Assembly: GCA_041640175.1 (NCBI GenBank)
Contig: JBEQAU010000020.1
Location: forward strand, 929-64,928
Length of the DNA stretch: 64,000 bases
From: Microvirga sp.
Lineage (GTDB): Bacteria > Pseudomonadota > Alphaproteobacteria > Rhizobiales > Beijerinckiaceae
Direction of reading: 5' to 3'
Numbering within the stretch: position 1 is the stretch's first letter; every line of letters starts with the position of its first letter. Both the position numbers and the translations under genes were made by a program. Positions 9,200-19,080 of the stretch are shown here, in pieces. The notes under the pieces are model-generated. The model did not search any database, was not told where the DNA came from, and saw only the letters and a program-made list of their open reading frames with translations.

Positions 9200-10516
9200 A
9201 TGAATGCTCCTGCGCCCAAAATCTCGTTCGTTTCCCTGGGCTGCCCAAAGGCTCTGGTCGATTCCGAGCGCATCATCACCCAGCTTCGTGCTCAAGGTTA
9301 TCAGCTGACCAAGGAGCATGACGGGGCGGACGTGGTGATCGTCAACACCTGCGGCTTCCTCGACAGCGCCAAGGCCGAGTCCCTGGAGGCCATCGGCGAG
9401 GCCATGGCGGAGAACGGCAAGGTCATCGTGACCGGCTGCATGGGCGCCGAGCCCGAGCAGATCCGTGGCCAGTTCCCCAATGTGCTCGCCATCACCGGTC
9501 CTCAGGCCTATGAGTCGGTGGTCTCGGCCGTGCATCAGGCGGTGCCTCCCGCCCATGACCCCTTTGTCGACCTCGTGCCGCCCCAGGGCGTGAAACTGAC
9601 GCCGCGCCACTATGCTTATCTCAAGATTTCCGAGGGCTGCAACAATCGCTGCTCCTTCTGCATCATCCCCAAGCTGCGCGGCGATCTCGTCAGCCGCCCG
9701 ATCGGTGATGTTCTGCGTGAGGCCGAGAAGCTTGCGAAGGCCGGGGTCAAGGAGCTCCTGGTCATTTCGCAGGACACCAGCGCCTACGGCGTCGACATCA
9801 GGTACCAGCCAAGCCTGTGGAAGGACCGGGAGGTCCGCACCCGCTTCTTCGAACTCGCCAAGGAACTGGGTGAGTTCGGCATGTGGGTGCGCATGCACTA
9901 TGTCTACCCCTACCCGCATGTAGACGAGGTCATCCTGCTCATGGCCGAGGGGAAGATCCTTCCCTATCTCGATATCCCCTTCCAGCATGCCTCCCCGCGG
10001 GTTTTGAAGTCCATGCGACGCCCAGGCAATCAGGAGAAAACCCTCGAGCGTATCCACAAATGGCGCGAGATCTGTCCGGATCTGGCGATCCGCTCAACCT
10101 TCATCGTGGGCTTCCCCGGCGAGACGGAAGGGGATGTGGACTTCCTGATGCAGTGGCTGAAGGATGCGACGATCGACCGTGCCGGCTGCTTTCAGTATGA
10201 GCCTGTCCACGGCGCGCCCGCCAATGACATCGCCGGCGCCGTGCCGGCTGAAGTGAAGGAGGAGCGCTGGCACCGCTTCATGCAGACCCAGCAGGAGGTC
10301 AGCACAAAAATCCTCAAGAGTAAGGTCGGCAAGACGCTGCCGGTGATCATCGACGAACCCGGTGCTACGGTTGCCACCGGCCGCACAAAGTACGACGCCC
10401 CGGAGATCGACGGCGCAGTCTATGTGGCGTCACGCCAGCCGCTCAAGGCCGGCGAGATCGTAAACGTCAAAATCGAAAGCTCGGACGAGTACGACCTGCA
10501 CGGGACGGTGGTTTAA
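9200..10516 (+). CDS. rimO: Ribosomal protein S12 methylthiotransferase RimO (radical SAM MTTase)
   Basis: Starts [23 protein letters not shown] (UPF0004 N-domain). Radical SAM motif [11 protein letters not shown] and a C-terminal TRAM-like domain. The track ORF extends upstream to 8993, but the conserved N-terminus begins at ATG 9200. Confidence 0.9.
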   Translation: MNAPAPKISFVSLGCPKALVDSERIITQLRAQGYQLTKEHDGADVVIVNTCGFLDSAKAESLEAIGEAMAENGKVIVTGCMGAEPEQIRGQFPNVLAITGPQAYESVVSAVHQAVPPAHDPFVDLVPPQGVKLTPRHYAYLKISEGCNNRCSFCIIPKLRGDLVSRPIGDVLREAEKLAKAGVKELLVISQDTSAYGVDIRYQPSLWKDREVRTRFFELAKELGEFGMWVRMHYVYPYPHVDEVILLMAEGKILPYLDIPFQHASPRVLKSMRRPGNQEKTLERIHKWREICPDLAIRSTFIVGFPGETEGDVDFLMQWLKDATIDRAGCFQYEPVHGAPANDIAGAVPAEVKEERWHRFMQTQQEVSTKILKSKVGKTLPVIIDEPGATVATGRTKYDAPEIDGAVYVASRQPLKAGEIVNVKIESSDEYDLHGTVV

Positions 10517-10527
10517 CCCCCTGCCCT

Positions 10528-11160
10528 TTATCTACCTTCAAGCTGAGCGCTGCCGATGATGTGAACACCGGCGGCGCTCAAATCATTTTGGGCTCTCGCG
10601 AGCGATCCATTGGTGTCGATGGCCCGCGAAGCGTCATCGATCAGGTAGGTCTCGAAGCCGGCAGCGGCAGCGTCGAGTGCGGTCCATGCGACGCAGAAAT
10701 CCAGGGCCAACCCTGCGCAGAAGGCCCGGCGGAACCCGCGCTCTTTCAAATAGCCTTCTAGACCCGTCGAGGTCCGCCGGTCCGCCTCCTTGAAGCCCGA
10801 GTAGCTGTCGATGTCCCGATTGTAGCCTTTGCGAATGACGAGCTGCGCGTGCGGAACATCCAACTCCCGCGAGATCTCTGCGCCGGGTGTTCCCTGCACA
10901 CAATGATCGGGCCAGAGCACCTGCGGGCCGTAATGCAAATCGATCATCTCGAAGGGTTGCCTGTTCGGATGGCTCGAAGCGAAGGAGGCATGCCCCTTCG
11001 GATGCCAATCCTGTGTCAGAACCACATGGCGGAAGGCCTTGGCGAGGCGGTTGATCGGCTCGATCACCGCACCTCCTTGGGGCACGGCAAGCGCCCCGCC
11101 GGGAAGGAAGTCGTATTGGACGTCGGTAACGATAAGGATGTCCTGATTTCCTGGCCTCAC
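10528..11160 (-). CDS. pncA: Nicotinamidase/pyrazinamidase (isochorismatase family)
   Basis: 210 aa. ILIVTDVQYDFLPGGALAV, DWHP...HASF and a conserved Cys context (FCAGLALDFCV) typical of PncA. Confidence 0.85.
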   Translation of the reverse strand: MRPGNQDILIVTDVQYDFLPGGALAVPQGGAVIEPINRLAKAFRHVVLTQDWHPKGHASFASSHPNRQPFEMIDLHYGPQVLWPDHCVQGTPGAEISRELDVPHAQLVIRKGYNRDIDSYSGFKEADRRTSTGLEGYLKERGFRRAFCAGLALDFCVAWTALDAAAAGFETYLIDDASRAIDTNGSLARAQNDLSAAGVHIIGSAQLEGR

Positions 11161-11211
11161 GCTACCCTGTCCCTTCCTGCATCATTTCTAGTTTCATCAA
11201 TATAGCGGCCC

Positions 11212-11244
11212 AAATGAAAGGGGCAGCCGATCACTCGGCTGCCC
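11212..11244 (-). terminator. Rho-independent terminator after the ABC substrate-binding gene
   Basis: Perfect 10-bp stem gggcagccga / tcac / tcggctgccc (11221-11244). On the minus strand it is followed by ctttcattt. It starts 25 nt after the stop at 11269. Confidence 0.55.
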
Positions 11245-11268
11245 TTACCTCCTGCAAACCGCTTCGGC

Positions 11269-12351
11269 TTATTGCGGGATCTTATCCTCAATGCCCTTCA
11301 CGTAGAAGTTCATGCCAAGCACCTGCTCGTCAGCGAGCGCGCCCTTGCCCTTGCACTCGATCTCCTTGCCGTCTTGGCCGATGACCGGGCACTTGAAGGG
11401 ATTGAGCGTGCCGGCCTTGATCGCGGCCTCGGTGTCCTGGGCCAGCTTCTTCACGTCGTCCGGCATATTCTTGTAGGGCGCCATCACAACCATGTTGGAG
11501 GCCAGACCGCCCCACGTGTCTTCCGACTTCCAGGTGCCGTCGAGAACGGCCTTGGCGCGCGCGACGTAGTACTGGGACCAGTCATCAATGATGGCGGTCA
11601 GCTGAGCCTTCGGAGCGAAGCGCTCCATGTCGGAGGCTTGGCCGAAGCCGAACTTGCCGCGAGCCTCGGCGGCCTGGATCGGAGCCGGGCTGTCCGTATG
11701 CTGGGCCAGCATGTCTACGCCCTGGTCGAGGAGGGCTTTGGCGGCATCGCCTTCCTTGGCCGGGTCATACCAGGTGTTGGCGAACACGATCTTGATCTTG
11801 ACGCTCGGATTCACCGACTGCGCGCCGAGATAGAAGGCGTTGATGCCGGCGATCACTTCCGGGATCGGGAAGGCGCCCACATAGCCGATGGTGTTCGACT
11901 TGGTCATCTTTCCGGCGATCTGGCCGATGATGTAGCGGCCCTCATGGAACTTCGCCGCATAGGTCGAGAGGTTCGGGTTACGCTTGAAGCCGGTGGCATG
12001 CTCGAACTTGATGTTCGGGTATTTCTTGGCGACCTTGAGGGTCGGCTCCATGAAGCCGAACGAGGTCGTGAAAATCAGGTCGTGGCCGGTGCGCGCCAGC
12101 TGCTCGATGGCGCGCTCGGAATCGGCCTCCGGTACGCTCTCCACGAAGGTGGTCGTCACCTTGCCCGGAAAGGCCTTCTCGATGGCCTGACGACCTTGGT
12201 CGTGCTGGTAGCTCCAGCCGTGGTCGCCCACCGGGCCGACATAGATGAAGCCGATCTTGATCTTATCCTTTGGCTGAGCGACAGCAGTCGTGGCCGACAG
12301 CGCCAGGACAGCAGCTCCCGCCAAGGCTCCAAAGACTTTCCCTGAAAACAT
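11269..12351 (-). CDS. BMP-family (PnrA/Med-like) ABC transporter substrate-binding protein, probable nucleoside receptor
   Basis: Start at ATG 12351 with a GAGGGA RBS. Signal peptide MFSGKVFGALAGAAVLALSATTAVAQ. BMP-family pattern IGFIYVGPVGDHGWSYQHDQG. Confidence 0.85.
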   Translation of the reverse strand: MFSGKVFGALAGAAVLALSATTAVAQPKDKIKIGFIYVGPVGDHGWSYQHDQGRQAIEKAFPGKVTTTFVESVPEADSERAIEQLARTGHDLIFTTSFGFMEPTLKVAKKYPNIKFEHATGFKRNPNLSTYAAKFHEGRYIIGQIAGKMTKSNTIGYVGAFPIPEVIAGINAFYLGAQSVNPSVKIKIVFANTWYDPAKEGDAAKALLDQGVDMLAQHTDSPAPIQAAEARGKFGFGQASDMERFAPKAQLTAIIDDWSQYYVARAKAVLDGTWKSEDTWGGLASNMVVMAPYKNMPDDVKKLAQDTEAAIKAGTLNPFKCPVIGQDGKEIECKGKGALADEQVLGMNFYVKGIEDKIPQ

Positions 12352-12454
12352 GCTCGTTCCCTCGAGGTTAGGTTTCCAATATTCCGTCGCAGGTCTGAGG
12401 CGTTCTGGCAAGAATTCCTCTGCCTACACTTTGGTCAGATTAACACCGCTTTGC

Positions 12455-13372
12455 TCATCGATCGGGCACGAAGGGGGCACCCAAAGATCCGGGTGCTCCA
12501 ATGGCGCGGCCGTGCCGAATGGACAGGAGAAGCAGGGCAATGATCGTTGCAAGGTAAGGTACCGCCGACAACACCTGCGACGGCACTCCGAACTGGGCCG
12601 CCTGCGCGTGAAGCTGCAGTACCGTGGCCGCACCGAAGATATAGGCACCGACCAGCACCCATCCCGGCCGCCAGGCGGCGAAAACCACGAGGGCCAGGGC
12701 GATCCAGCCACGGCCGGCCGTCATTCCGGGCGACCAGAACCGTGTGTAGACAAGAGCAAGATAGGCTCCGGCCAAGCCGGCGCAGGCACCACCGAACAGG
12801 ATGGCCCAGAAGCGCACCTGCCGCACCGGGAGGCCCAATGCATTGGCTGACGTATGGTTCTCGCCGATGGAGCGAAGGGTGAGCCCTGAGCGGGTCCTGA
12901 CAAGGTAGATTGCCACCAGGATAGTGAGCGCGATCGAGGCATAGACGAAGAGATCCTGCTCGAAGAACAGGCGGCCAACGACAGGGATGTCGCTCAATCC
13001 AGGCAGATCGATCGGTGCGATGGGATCGCGCCTGGCGCCGACGAACGGGGCGCCGATGAGACCAGACAGCCCAAGCCCCAAAATAGTCAGCGCAAGGCCA
13101 GAGCCCGTCTGGTTCGCCGCAAAGCCCAGGACGAGCAGGGCGAAGAGCGCCGCCATCAGAGCGCCCGCCAGCATGCCGGCGGCTACGCCGACCAAGGTGG
13201 AATCGAAGGTGACGGCAGCAGCGAAGCTGCAGGCGGCACCCATCGCCATCATACCCTCGACGCCCAGGTTGAGGACGCCGGAGCGCTCCGTCACGAGTTC
13301 TCCCAGGGCTGCGATCAGCAGCGGCGTGGAGGCGGTGACGATGGTGAGGAGAATGGCCTCGAAGACGGTCAC
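12455..13372 (-). CDS. ABC transporter permease (BMP/nucleoside-type, second permease)
   Basis: Polytopic membrane protein. GTG start at 13372 overlaps the upstream stop (GTGA). N-terminus VFEAILLTIVTASTPLLIAALGELVTERSGVLNLGVEGMM is typical of this permease family. Confidence 0.85.
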   Translation of the reverse strand: MTVFEAILLTIVTASTPLLIAALGELVTERSGVLNLGVEGMMAMGAACSFAAAVTFDSTLVGVAAGMLAGALMAALFALLVLGFAANQTGSGLALTILGLGLSGLIGAPFVGARRDPIAPIDLPGLSDIPVVGRLFFEQDLFVYASIALTILVAIYLVRTRSGLTLRSIGENHTSANALGLPVRQVRFWAILFGGACAGLAGAYLALVYTRFWSPGMTAGRGWIALALVVFAAWRPGWVLVGAYIFGAATVLQLHAQAAQFGVPSQVLSAVPYLATIIALLLLSIRHGRAIGAPGSLGAPFVPDR

Positions 13373-14445
13373 TTGCCCCCTCCCCGTGTTGCGAAACGAA
13401 TGCGGTAGCTGACCATGGCGTCGGCCGCGAGCACACACATGAGCAGGATGCCCTGGAACGCCTGGGTGAGATCGAGCGGCAGCTTCAGCATGATCTGCGC
13501 GCTCTCGCCGCCGATGAACGTGAGGGCTACGACAAGTGATGCGACCAAGATTCCGACAGGGTTGAGGCGGCCCAGGAACGCGACCGTGATGGCCGTGAAG
13601 CCATAGCCTGGGGAGATCGAGGGTTGGAGCTGGCCGATCTGCCCGGAGACCTCCGAGATGCCCGCCAATCCGGCGAGCCCACCGGATATGGCAAAGACAG
13701 CCAGCGTCGTTGCCTTGGAGCTGAAGCCGGCAAAGCGGGCTGCTCTTGGGGCGTCTCCGGTGAGCTTGAGACGGTATCCAAACAGGGTTCGGCCAAGAAT
13801 TACAGCTGTGACCAGGACCGCGATGGCGGCGAACACAGCACCGTAATGCACACGGCCACCCTCAAAGATGGGATGGAGTGTCGCCGAGGGATCGAAGGTT
13901 ACCGATTGCGGGAAGTTGAAGCCCTTTGGATCGCGCCAGGGCCCGCGCACGAGGTAATCGAGGATCAGCTGCGCCACATAGACCAGCATGAGGCTGGTGA
14001 GAATCTCGTTTACGCCGAACCGGGTCTTCAGGAAGGCCGGGATCAGGCCCCAGAGGGCACCGCCGATGATGCCGAGGAGCAGCATGAGGGGCAGAACCCA
14101 GAGGCCGGCATCGGTGCCATGGGTTCTCAGGGCAAGCCAGCCGCCGAGCACCGCACCGATCACGTATTGCCCCTCCGCGCCGATATTCCAGAGATTGGCA
14201 CGGAAGCAATAGGCGAGCCCGATGGCGATGAGCGCCATCGGGGTTGCCTTGACGACAAGTTCCTGCAGCGACCAGGGATCGCTCAAGGGTTGGAGAACAT
14301 AGACGTCGAAGGCTGCGATGGGGGATCGACCCATGAGCCATATGACGAAGCCCGCGATCAGGAAGGCCGTTATGAAGGCCGCGACCGACGCGAAGACGCG
14401 CATTATCGTGGAGGCGTTGGTGCGAGGCGTCAGCTCAAAGCGCAT
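13369..14445 (-). CDS. ABC transporter permease (first permease)
   Basis: Polytopic membrane protein. ATG 14445 overlaps the ATPase 3' end by 11 nt. Contains NIGAEGQ and GISEVSG motifs seen in this permease family. Confidence 0.85.
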   Translation of the reverse strand: MRFELTPRTNASTIMRVFASVAAFITAFLIAGFVIWLMGRSPIAAFDVYVLQPLSDPWSLQELVVKATPMALIAIGLAYCFRANLWNIGAEGQYVIGAVLGGWLALRTHGTDAGLWVLPLMLLLGIIGGALWGLIPAFLKTRFGVNEILTSLMLVYVAQLILDYLVRGPWRDPKGFNFPQSVTFDPSATLHPIFEGGRVHYGAVFAAIAVLVTAVILGRTLFGYRLKLTGDAPRAARFAGFSSKATTLAVFAISGGLAGLAGISEVSGQIGQLQPSISPGYGFTAITVAFLGRLNPVGILVASLVVALTFIGGESAQIMLKLPLDLTQAFQGILLMCVLAADAMVSYRIRFATRGGGK

Positions 14446-15982
14446 GGACGCCTCCCAGAGCCTGAGCGACACCGAGCATTTCAAGCCCCACGGCTTCCTT
14501 GGTCCATTCGCCGATGGGCTTTAGAGGGCTCAAGGTCCCCTGGTGGATCACAGCCATGCGGTCCGCGACCTCGAACAGTTCGTCGAGGTCCTGGCTGATG
14601 ACGACGACGGCGCTTCCCTCGCGGGCCAGATCAACGAGAGCCTGCCGAATGAGGCGGGCCGCACCCGCATCGACACCCCAGGTCGGCTGATCGACGATGA
14701 TGAGCTTAGGTTTCCGGATGATCTCGCGGCCGATGACGAATTTCTGGAGGTTGCCGCCGGAGAGCTTGCGCGCCTGAGGGTCTCCCTCGGGAGTGCGCAC
14801 ATCGAAGCTCTGAACGATGGACCGGGCAACACGCTTGGCGGCATTCATCAGGATGAAGCCCGAACGGCTCACCTCGGTGGCGGCGTGAGAGATTAAAGTG
14901 TTCTCGCTCAGGCGGTGTGTCGGGGCGGCCGAATGGCCCAGCCGCTCCTCCGGCACGAAGGCCGCGCCGAGCCGCCTTCGCGCATCGATCCCCATGGTGC
15001 CGGAAGGCTTGCCGTTTATAGCGATGGCCTCGGCGCGCCCCGCAGGGCGCTCGCCCGACAGCGCGGCGAAGAGTTCGCTCTGACCGTTGCCGGCAACCCC
15101 GGCAATCCCGACGATTTCACCGGCCCGCGCTACGAGGTTGATGTCGCGCAGGGCCTGCCCGTGGAGGCCGGCCGGCGTCAGCGACAGGTTCGATACCCTG
15201 AGTGTCTCCCCTTGTGGATGATGCGGCGCATCGCTGCGGACCTCGCCCACGGCATTGCCGACCATGAGGGCCGCGATCTCGCGGGCGCTGCTCGCCCGAG
15301 GGTCGATGGTCGCCACCACCCGCCCTGCTCTCAGGATGGTGGCGCGGCGGCAGAGGCGACGCACCTCTTCGAGCTTGTGCGAAATGTAGAGGATCGAGCA
15401 GCCCTCCGCCGACAGCCTGTCCAGGGTCGTGAACAAGTGCTCGGCCTCCTGCGGCGTGAGCACGGAAGTGGGCTCATCGAGGATGAGCAGACGCGGGTTC
15501 TGAAGCAGGCACCGGACGATCTCGATGCGCTGCCGTTCGCCCGCAGACAAGGTCCAGACGGCCCGATCCGCGTCGAGCGCCAGCCCATAGGTCCGGCTGA
15601 TCTCGCCAAGCTTTTCTCGAACCTTGGAGAGGTTCCAATCGCTGGAGAGCGCCACGGCAATGTTCTCCGCCACGCTCAACTCGTCGAAGAGCGAGAAATG
15701 CTGGAAAACCATCCCGAGGCCGAGAGCCCGCGCCTCGACCGGCGAGCCGATTTTCACAGGGCGGCCTTCCCAGCGGATCTCGCCGGCGCTCGGCTCGATC
15801 ACGCCATAGAGGATCTTCACCAGGGTCGACTTCCCTGCCCCGTTCTCACCCAAAAGGGCGTGGATCTCGCCAGGCTCGATCGCCAGGTCGATCCCGTCAT
15901 TCGCGAGAAGATCGCCGTAACGCTTGCTGATCCCTTTAAGTTCGACGAGGGGCGGTCCCGAGGGTGGTACGTCTGCCTTCAC
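14435..15982 (-). CDS. ABC transporter ATP-binding protein with duplicated ATPase domains
   Basis: 515 aa. Two Walker A motifs (GENGAGKST, GVAGNGQSE) and two ABC signatures (LSAGERQR, LSGGNLQK). Confidence 0.9.
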   Translation of the reverse strand: MKADVPPSGPPLVELKGISKRYGDLLANDGIDLAIEPGEIHALLGENGAGKSTLVKILYGVIEPSAGEIRWEGRPVKIGSPVEARALGLGMVFQHFSLFDELSVAENIAVALSSDWNLSKVREKLGEISRTYGLALDADRAVWTLSAGERQRIEIVRCLLQNPRLLILDEPTSVLTPQEAEHLFTTLDRLSAEGCSILYISHKLEEVRRLCRRATILRAGRVVATIDPRASSAREIAALMVGNAVGEVRSDAPHHPQGETLRVSNLSLTPAGLHGQALRDINLVARAGEIVGIAGVAGNGQSELFAALSGERPAGRAEAIAINGKPSGTMGIDARRRLGAAFVPEERLGHSAAPTHRLSENTLISHAATEVSRSGFILMNAAKRVARSIVQSFDVRTPEGDPQARKLSGGNLQKFVIGREIIRKPKLIIVDQPTWGVDAGAARLIRQALVDLAREGSAVVVISQDLDELFEVADRMAVIHQGTLSPLKPIGEWTKEAVGLEMLGVAQALGGVHAL

Positions 15983-16166
15983 ACAAGCGTCTCTGACTTA
16001 AAGGTTGATGCCGGGTCGGAATCTGCACATGAATGACGGCCCATACGGAACCTGGCAAGCGCCGCACCGGGCCGTCACCCCTTTGTGAGACGATCATAGG
16101 GATGCGGCGCACCGGTCGGCAATGGCGAAAGCTTGGTTTATTGTGAGTCCGCGCCCCATCCACAGC

Positions 16167-17393
16167 ATGGTGAAGAGGCAAGCCTTGACCGAGAGCATCT
16201 ATAACATTGCCGTCGTGGGCGCCGGAGCCGTAGGCCTGAGTGCCGCCCTGGCTTTCGCCCGCGACGGCTTCAGGACCGTCCTGGTGGGAGGCCTCGATGC
16301 ACGCCGGGATGGACGCACCGTCGCCCTTCTCAACGGCTCGGTCCGCTTCCTGGAGGCGCTCGGCGCCTGGCCGAGGATCGTCGCGGAGGCGGCACCGCTC
16401 GAGACCATGCGGATTATCGACGACACGGGCAGCCTGTTCCGTCCCCCGCCGGCTTCCTTCCGGGCCGGTGAGATCGGCCTCGATGCTTTCGGCTGGAACG
16501 TCGAGAACGCCACTCTGGTCGAGAAGCTGGCTGAAGCGGCTCGAGATTGCGAGAATCTGACTCACGTGCCGGAATTCGCAAGCCACTTCGAAGCGGACGG
16601 GACCGAAGCCACACTGACCCTGGCCGATGGCACGACCATCAGGGCAAGCCTTGTCGTTGCCGCAGATGGTCGTAATTCCAGGCTGCGCCAGATTGCCGGA
16701 ATAGGCACTCAAACCTGGTCCTACCCGCAGTCGGCCGTGACCGTCATCCTAGCCCATGACCGGGACCATCGGGAGACCTCGACCGAGTTTCATACCCGTT
16801 ATGGGCCGTTCACCCTGGTTCCCCTGCCCGGCCGGCGATCCAGCCTTGTCTGGGTGACGAGCAAGGCTGACGCGGAGCGCTTGTCGCAGCTTGACGACGC
16901 GGCTCTTGCGCTCGCCATCGAACGGCAGGCTCAATCGCATCTCGGCGCGATGCGCATCGACGGCCCGCGCGGGCTTGTTCCGATGACGGGATTGTCGGTG
17001 AACCGCTACCGGGCCCAGCGCCTTGCCCTTGTGGGTGAGGCCGCCCACGTGTTCCCGCCGATCGGGGCACAGGGCCTCAATCTCGGTTTCCGCGATGCAG
17101 CCTCCATAAGGGACGCGGTTATCGACGGGCAGAGCGAGGGCAACGATCCAGGTTCCGAGGACACCCTGGCCCGATACCAGCGCAGCCGTGACCTTGACGT
17201 TCGCCTGCGCACCGCCGCCGTGGACGGGCTGAACCGCACTCTCCTGACCGGCATGATCCCGACGGACTTCCTCCGGGGTGCCGGCCTCCTGGCGCTCAGC
17301 AACATCGGCCCCTTGCGCCGGATCATCATGCGCGAGGGGGTGTTGCCGCAGATGGGCGTACCGCGCCTGATGCAGGGCGTCTCGGAAGTTTAA
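16167..17393 (+). CDS. UbiH/UbiF/VisC/COQ6-family FAD-dependent ubiquinone-biosynthesis hydroxylase
   Basis: GAGAVG dinucleotide fold, DGRNSRLR motif and GEAAHVFPPIGAQGLNLGFRD motif. Start placed at ATG 16167 just before the Rossmann fold. Confidence 0.8.
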   Translation: MVKRQALTESIYNIAVVGAGAVGLSAALAFARDGFRTVLVGGLDARRDGRTVALLNGSVRFLEALGAWPRIVAEAAPLETMRIIDDTGSLFRPPPASFRAGEIGLDAFGWNVENATLVEKLAEAARDCENLTHVPEFASHFEADGTEATLTLADGTTIRASLVVAADGRNSRLRQIAGIGTQTWSYPQSAVTVILAHDRDHRETSTEFHTRYGPFTLVPLPGRRSSLVWVTSKADAERLSQLDDAALALAIERQAQSHLGAMRIDGPRGLVPMTGLSVNRYRAQRLALVGEAAHVFPPIGAQGLNLGFRDAASIRDAVIDGQSEGNDPGSEDTLARYQRSRDLDVRLRTAAVDGLNRTLLTGMIPTDFLRGAGLLALSNIGPLRRIIMREGVLPQMGVPRLMQGVSEV

Positions 17394-18361
17394 GGGAAGA
17401 GGTCGTACGGCACAGCGCCGGTCTTGGTGGTGATGTAGAGGATACCGGTCAGCGTCAGCATCGAGACCAGCGTGCCGACGAGCACACAGGCCGAGGCACG
17501 CTCCACTCCCACATTGTACTGGGTCGAGATCACGAAGATGTTCAGGGCGGGCGGAAGGGCCGCCATGATGATCGCAGCGTATGTCCAGGCGGGCCCGAAA
17601 TCGCCCACAGCCGAGAGCACCACCCAGACCAGAAGCGGGTGGAGGATCAGCTTGATGAACACCAGGACCGGCACCTCCCCTGGCATTTGCCGTAAGGGCC
17701 TCAAGGCCACGGTAACCCCGAGGATGAACAAGGCGCAGGGCGCCGCAGCGCCCGAGAGCCAGGTGACGATTTGGTCCGCGGCCTGCGGCAGCCGGAGGTG
17801 CAGGTAGCTTGCCGCAACGCCGATAGCGGTCGCAACATTGAACGGGTGGGTCACGACGCGCCAGACGATCCTGCGGATCGTAGCCGAGAGGCTCAGCTTT
17901 TCCACTCCCGCCAGGGACATCAGCAGCGGCACGACCGAGAACAGAAACAGGTTGTCGAAGACGAAGATCAGCACCACCGGGGCGCTGGCGGAGGCTCCGA
18001 TCGCTGCGAGGATCAGCGGCGGCCCCATATAGCCGATATTGGAATAGGATCCGGCCACGCCCTGCATGACCGATTGCGGCAGGTCCCGGGTAAAGTGCCA
18101 GCCGGTGGCGAAGGAGAGTGCAAAGGCGCAGAAGGTTGAGAGTGTCGTCGCCAGGATGAAGGGCCAGTTCGCGAGTTCATCCAGGGGCTTGTCCGCGATG
18201 AGGCGATAGAACAGGCAGGGCAGCGCTACATAGATCAGGAAGAACTGCATCCAGGCGAGACCTGCCTCCGGCTGCTTAACCACCTTTCCGCAGAAGAAGC
18301 CGAGGCCGATGAGGCCGAAGAAGGGGGCGAGCAGGTTGAACAGCCCGATCAGGTCGGACAT
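17390..18361 (-). CDS. AEC (auxin efflux carrier) family transporter
   Basis: About 10 predicted TM segments. Start at ATG 18361 (MSDLIGLFNLLAPFFGLIGLGF). Its stop overlaps the convergent ubiH-family stop within TTAA (17390-17393). Confidence 0.8.
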   Translation of the reverse strand: MSDLIGLFNLLAPFFGLIGLGFFCGKVVKQPEAGLAWMQFFLIYVALPCLFYRLIADKPLDELANWPFILATTLSTFCAFALSFATGWHFTRDLPQSVMQGVAGSYSNIGYMGPPLILAAIGASASAPVVLIFVFDNLFLFSVVPLLMSLAGVEKLSLSATIRRIVWRVVTHPFNVATAIGVAASYLHLRLPQAADQIVTWLSGAAAPCALFILGVTVALRPLRQMPGEVPVLVFIKLILHPLLVWVVLSAVGDFGPAWTYAAIIMAALPPALNIFVISTQYNVGVERASACVLVGTLVSMLTLTGILYITTKTGAVPYDLFP

Positions 18362-18569
18362 CGGCGGCTCCAAACGAGAGAATGGGATGGGCAGGAACGG
18401 AGCATTCTTTCTGGCAAGGTTCCAACCTTGCGACAATCCCGCCTTTCGGAAGGCCCATAGTCCTAAAATGCAACACTCGTTGCTGGCGACCTGCTCTCGG
18501 CCTTGTGACAGGCGGCTGATTTGGAGATTCCCGCCTAAATCTCTATATGTGGCTCAAGGAGTTGAGACC

Positions 18570-18899
18570 ATGAAAGCGAGTTCAGCCAAATTCGCGATCG
18601 GACAGGTGGTTCGACATCGGGTTTTTGACTTCAGGGGGCTGATTTTCGATGTCGACCCTGAATTCGACAACACGGAAGAATGGTGGCTTTCGATCCCCGA
18701 GGAAGTCCGTCCGCATAAGGACCAGCCCTTCTACCACCTGTTCGCCGAGAACGCGGAAAGCGAATATATCGCCTATGTTTCCGAGCAGAATCTTCTGCCC
18801 GACGACTCAGGCGAGCCGCTGCGTAACCCGATGATTGCCGAGATGTTCACGCGGCAGAAGAACGGTACCTATAGAGCCCATCCCATTCTCGCCAATTGA
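18570..18899 (+). CDS. hspQ: Heat-shock protein HspQ (YccV hemimethylated-DNA-binding domain)
   Basis: MKASSAKFAIGQVVRHRVFDFRGLIFDVDPEF...PFYHLFAEN matches the HspQ family pattern. The track ORF begins further upstream (18309), inside the AEC gene region. Confidence 0.85.
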   Translation: MKASSAKFAIGQVVRHRVFDFRGLIFDVDPEFDNTEEWWLSIPEEVRPHKDQPFYHLFAENAESEYIAYVSEQNLLPDDSGEPLRNPMIAEMFTRQKNGTYRAHPILAN

Positions 18900-18913
18900 G
18901 AATGAGCGCATCG

Positions 18914-18952
18914 AACAGAAACGCCGGGCCATGAGCCCGGCGTTTCTGTTTG
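18914..18952. terminator. Bidirectional rho-independent terminator between hspQ and the IalB-family gene
   Basis: Perfect 16-bp stem aacagaaacgccgggc / catga / gcccggcgtttctgtt, followed by tt. Confidence 0.8.
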
Positions 18953-19080
18953 CTGAAGGTCGCTAGAGCATCGTGCGGACCCAGAGGGCCGCGCCAGCGA
19001 AAATCCGTCCGATGCTCGCATTCAACAAGAAAGCATCAGTCCCAAAAGGCAAGTCCACTTCTGGGTCCGATGCTTTAGCC

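Noticed and set aside
8760-9248. 162-aa minus-strand ORF and overlapping 8857-9183 / 8860-9081 ORFs upstream of rimO; also considered as an integrase or transposase remnant.
   Set aside because: I translated all three minus frames of 8821-9000. No integrase (R..H..R..Y) or transposase motif appears. The ORFs overlap each other and run into the rimO start. The region is kept only as an unexplained gap.
9149-10057. Long antisense ORFs opposite well-supported genes. Examples: 9149-10057 opposite rimO, 11272-12345 opposite the SBP, 24220-25719 and 25978-26841 opposite mfd, 27940-29214 opposite recG, 56150-58282 opposite the helicase, 62210-62992 and 12435-13436.
   Set aside because: Their translations are Arg/Gly/Ala/Pro-rich low-complexity strings with no motifs. 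They lie entirely opposite genes with unmistakable family signatures. This is the typical shadow-ORF artefact of high-GC DNA.
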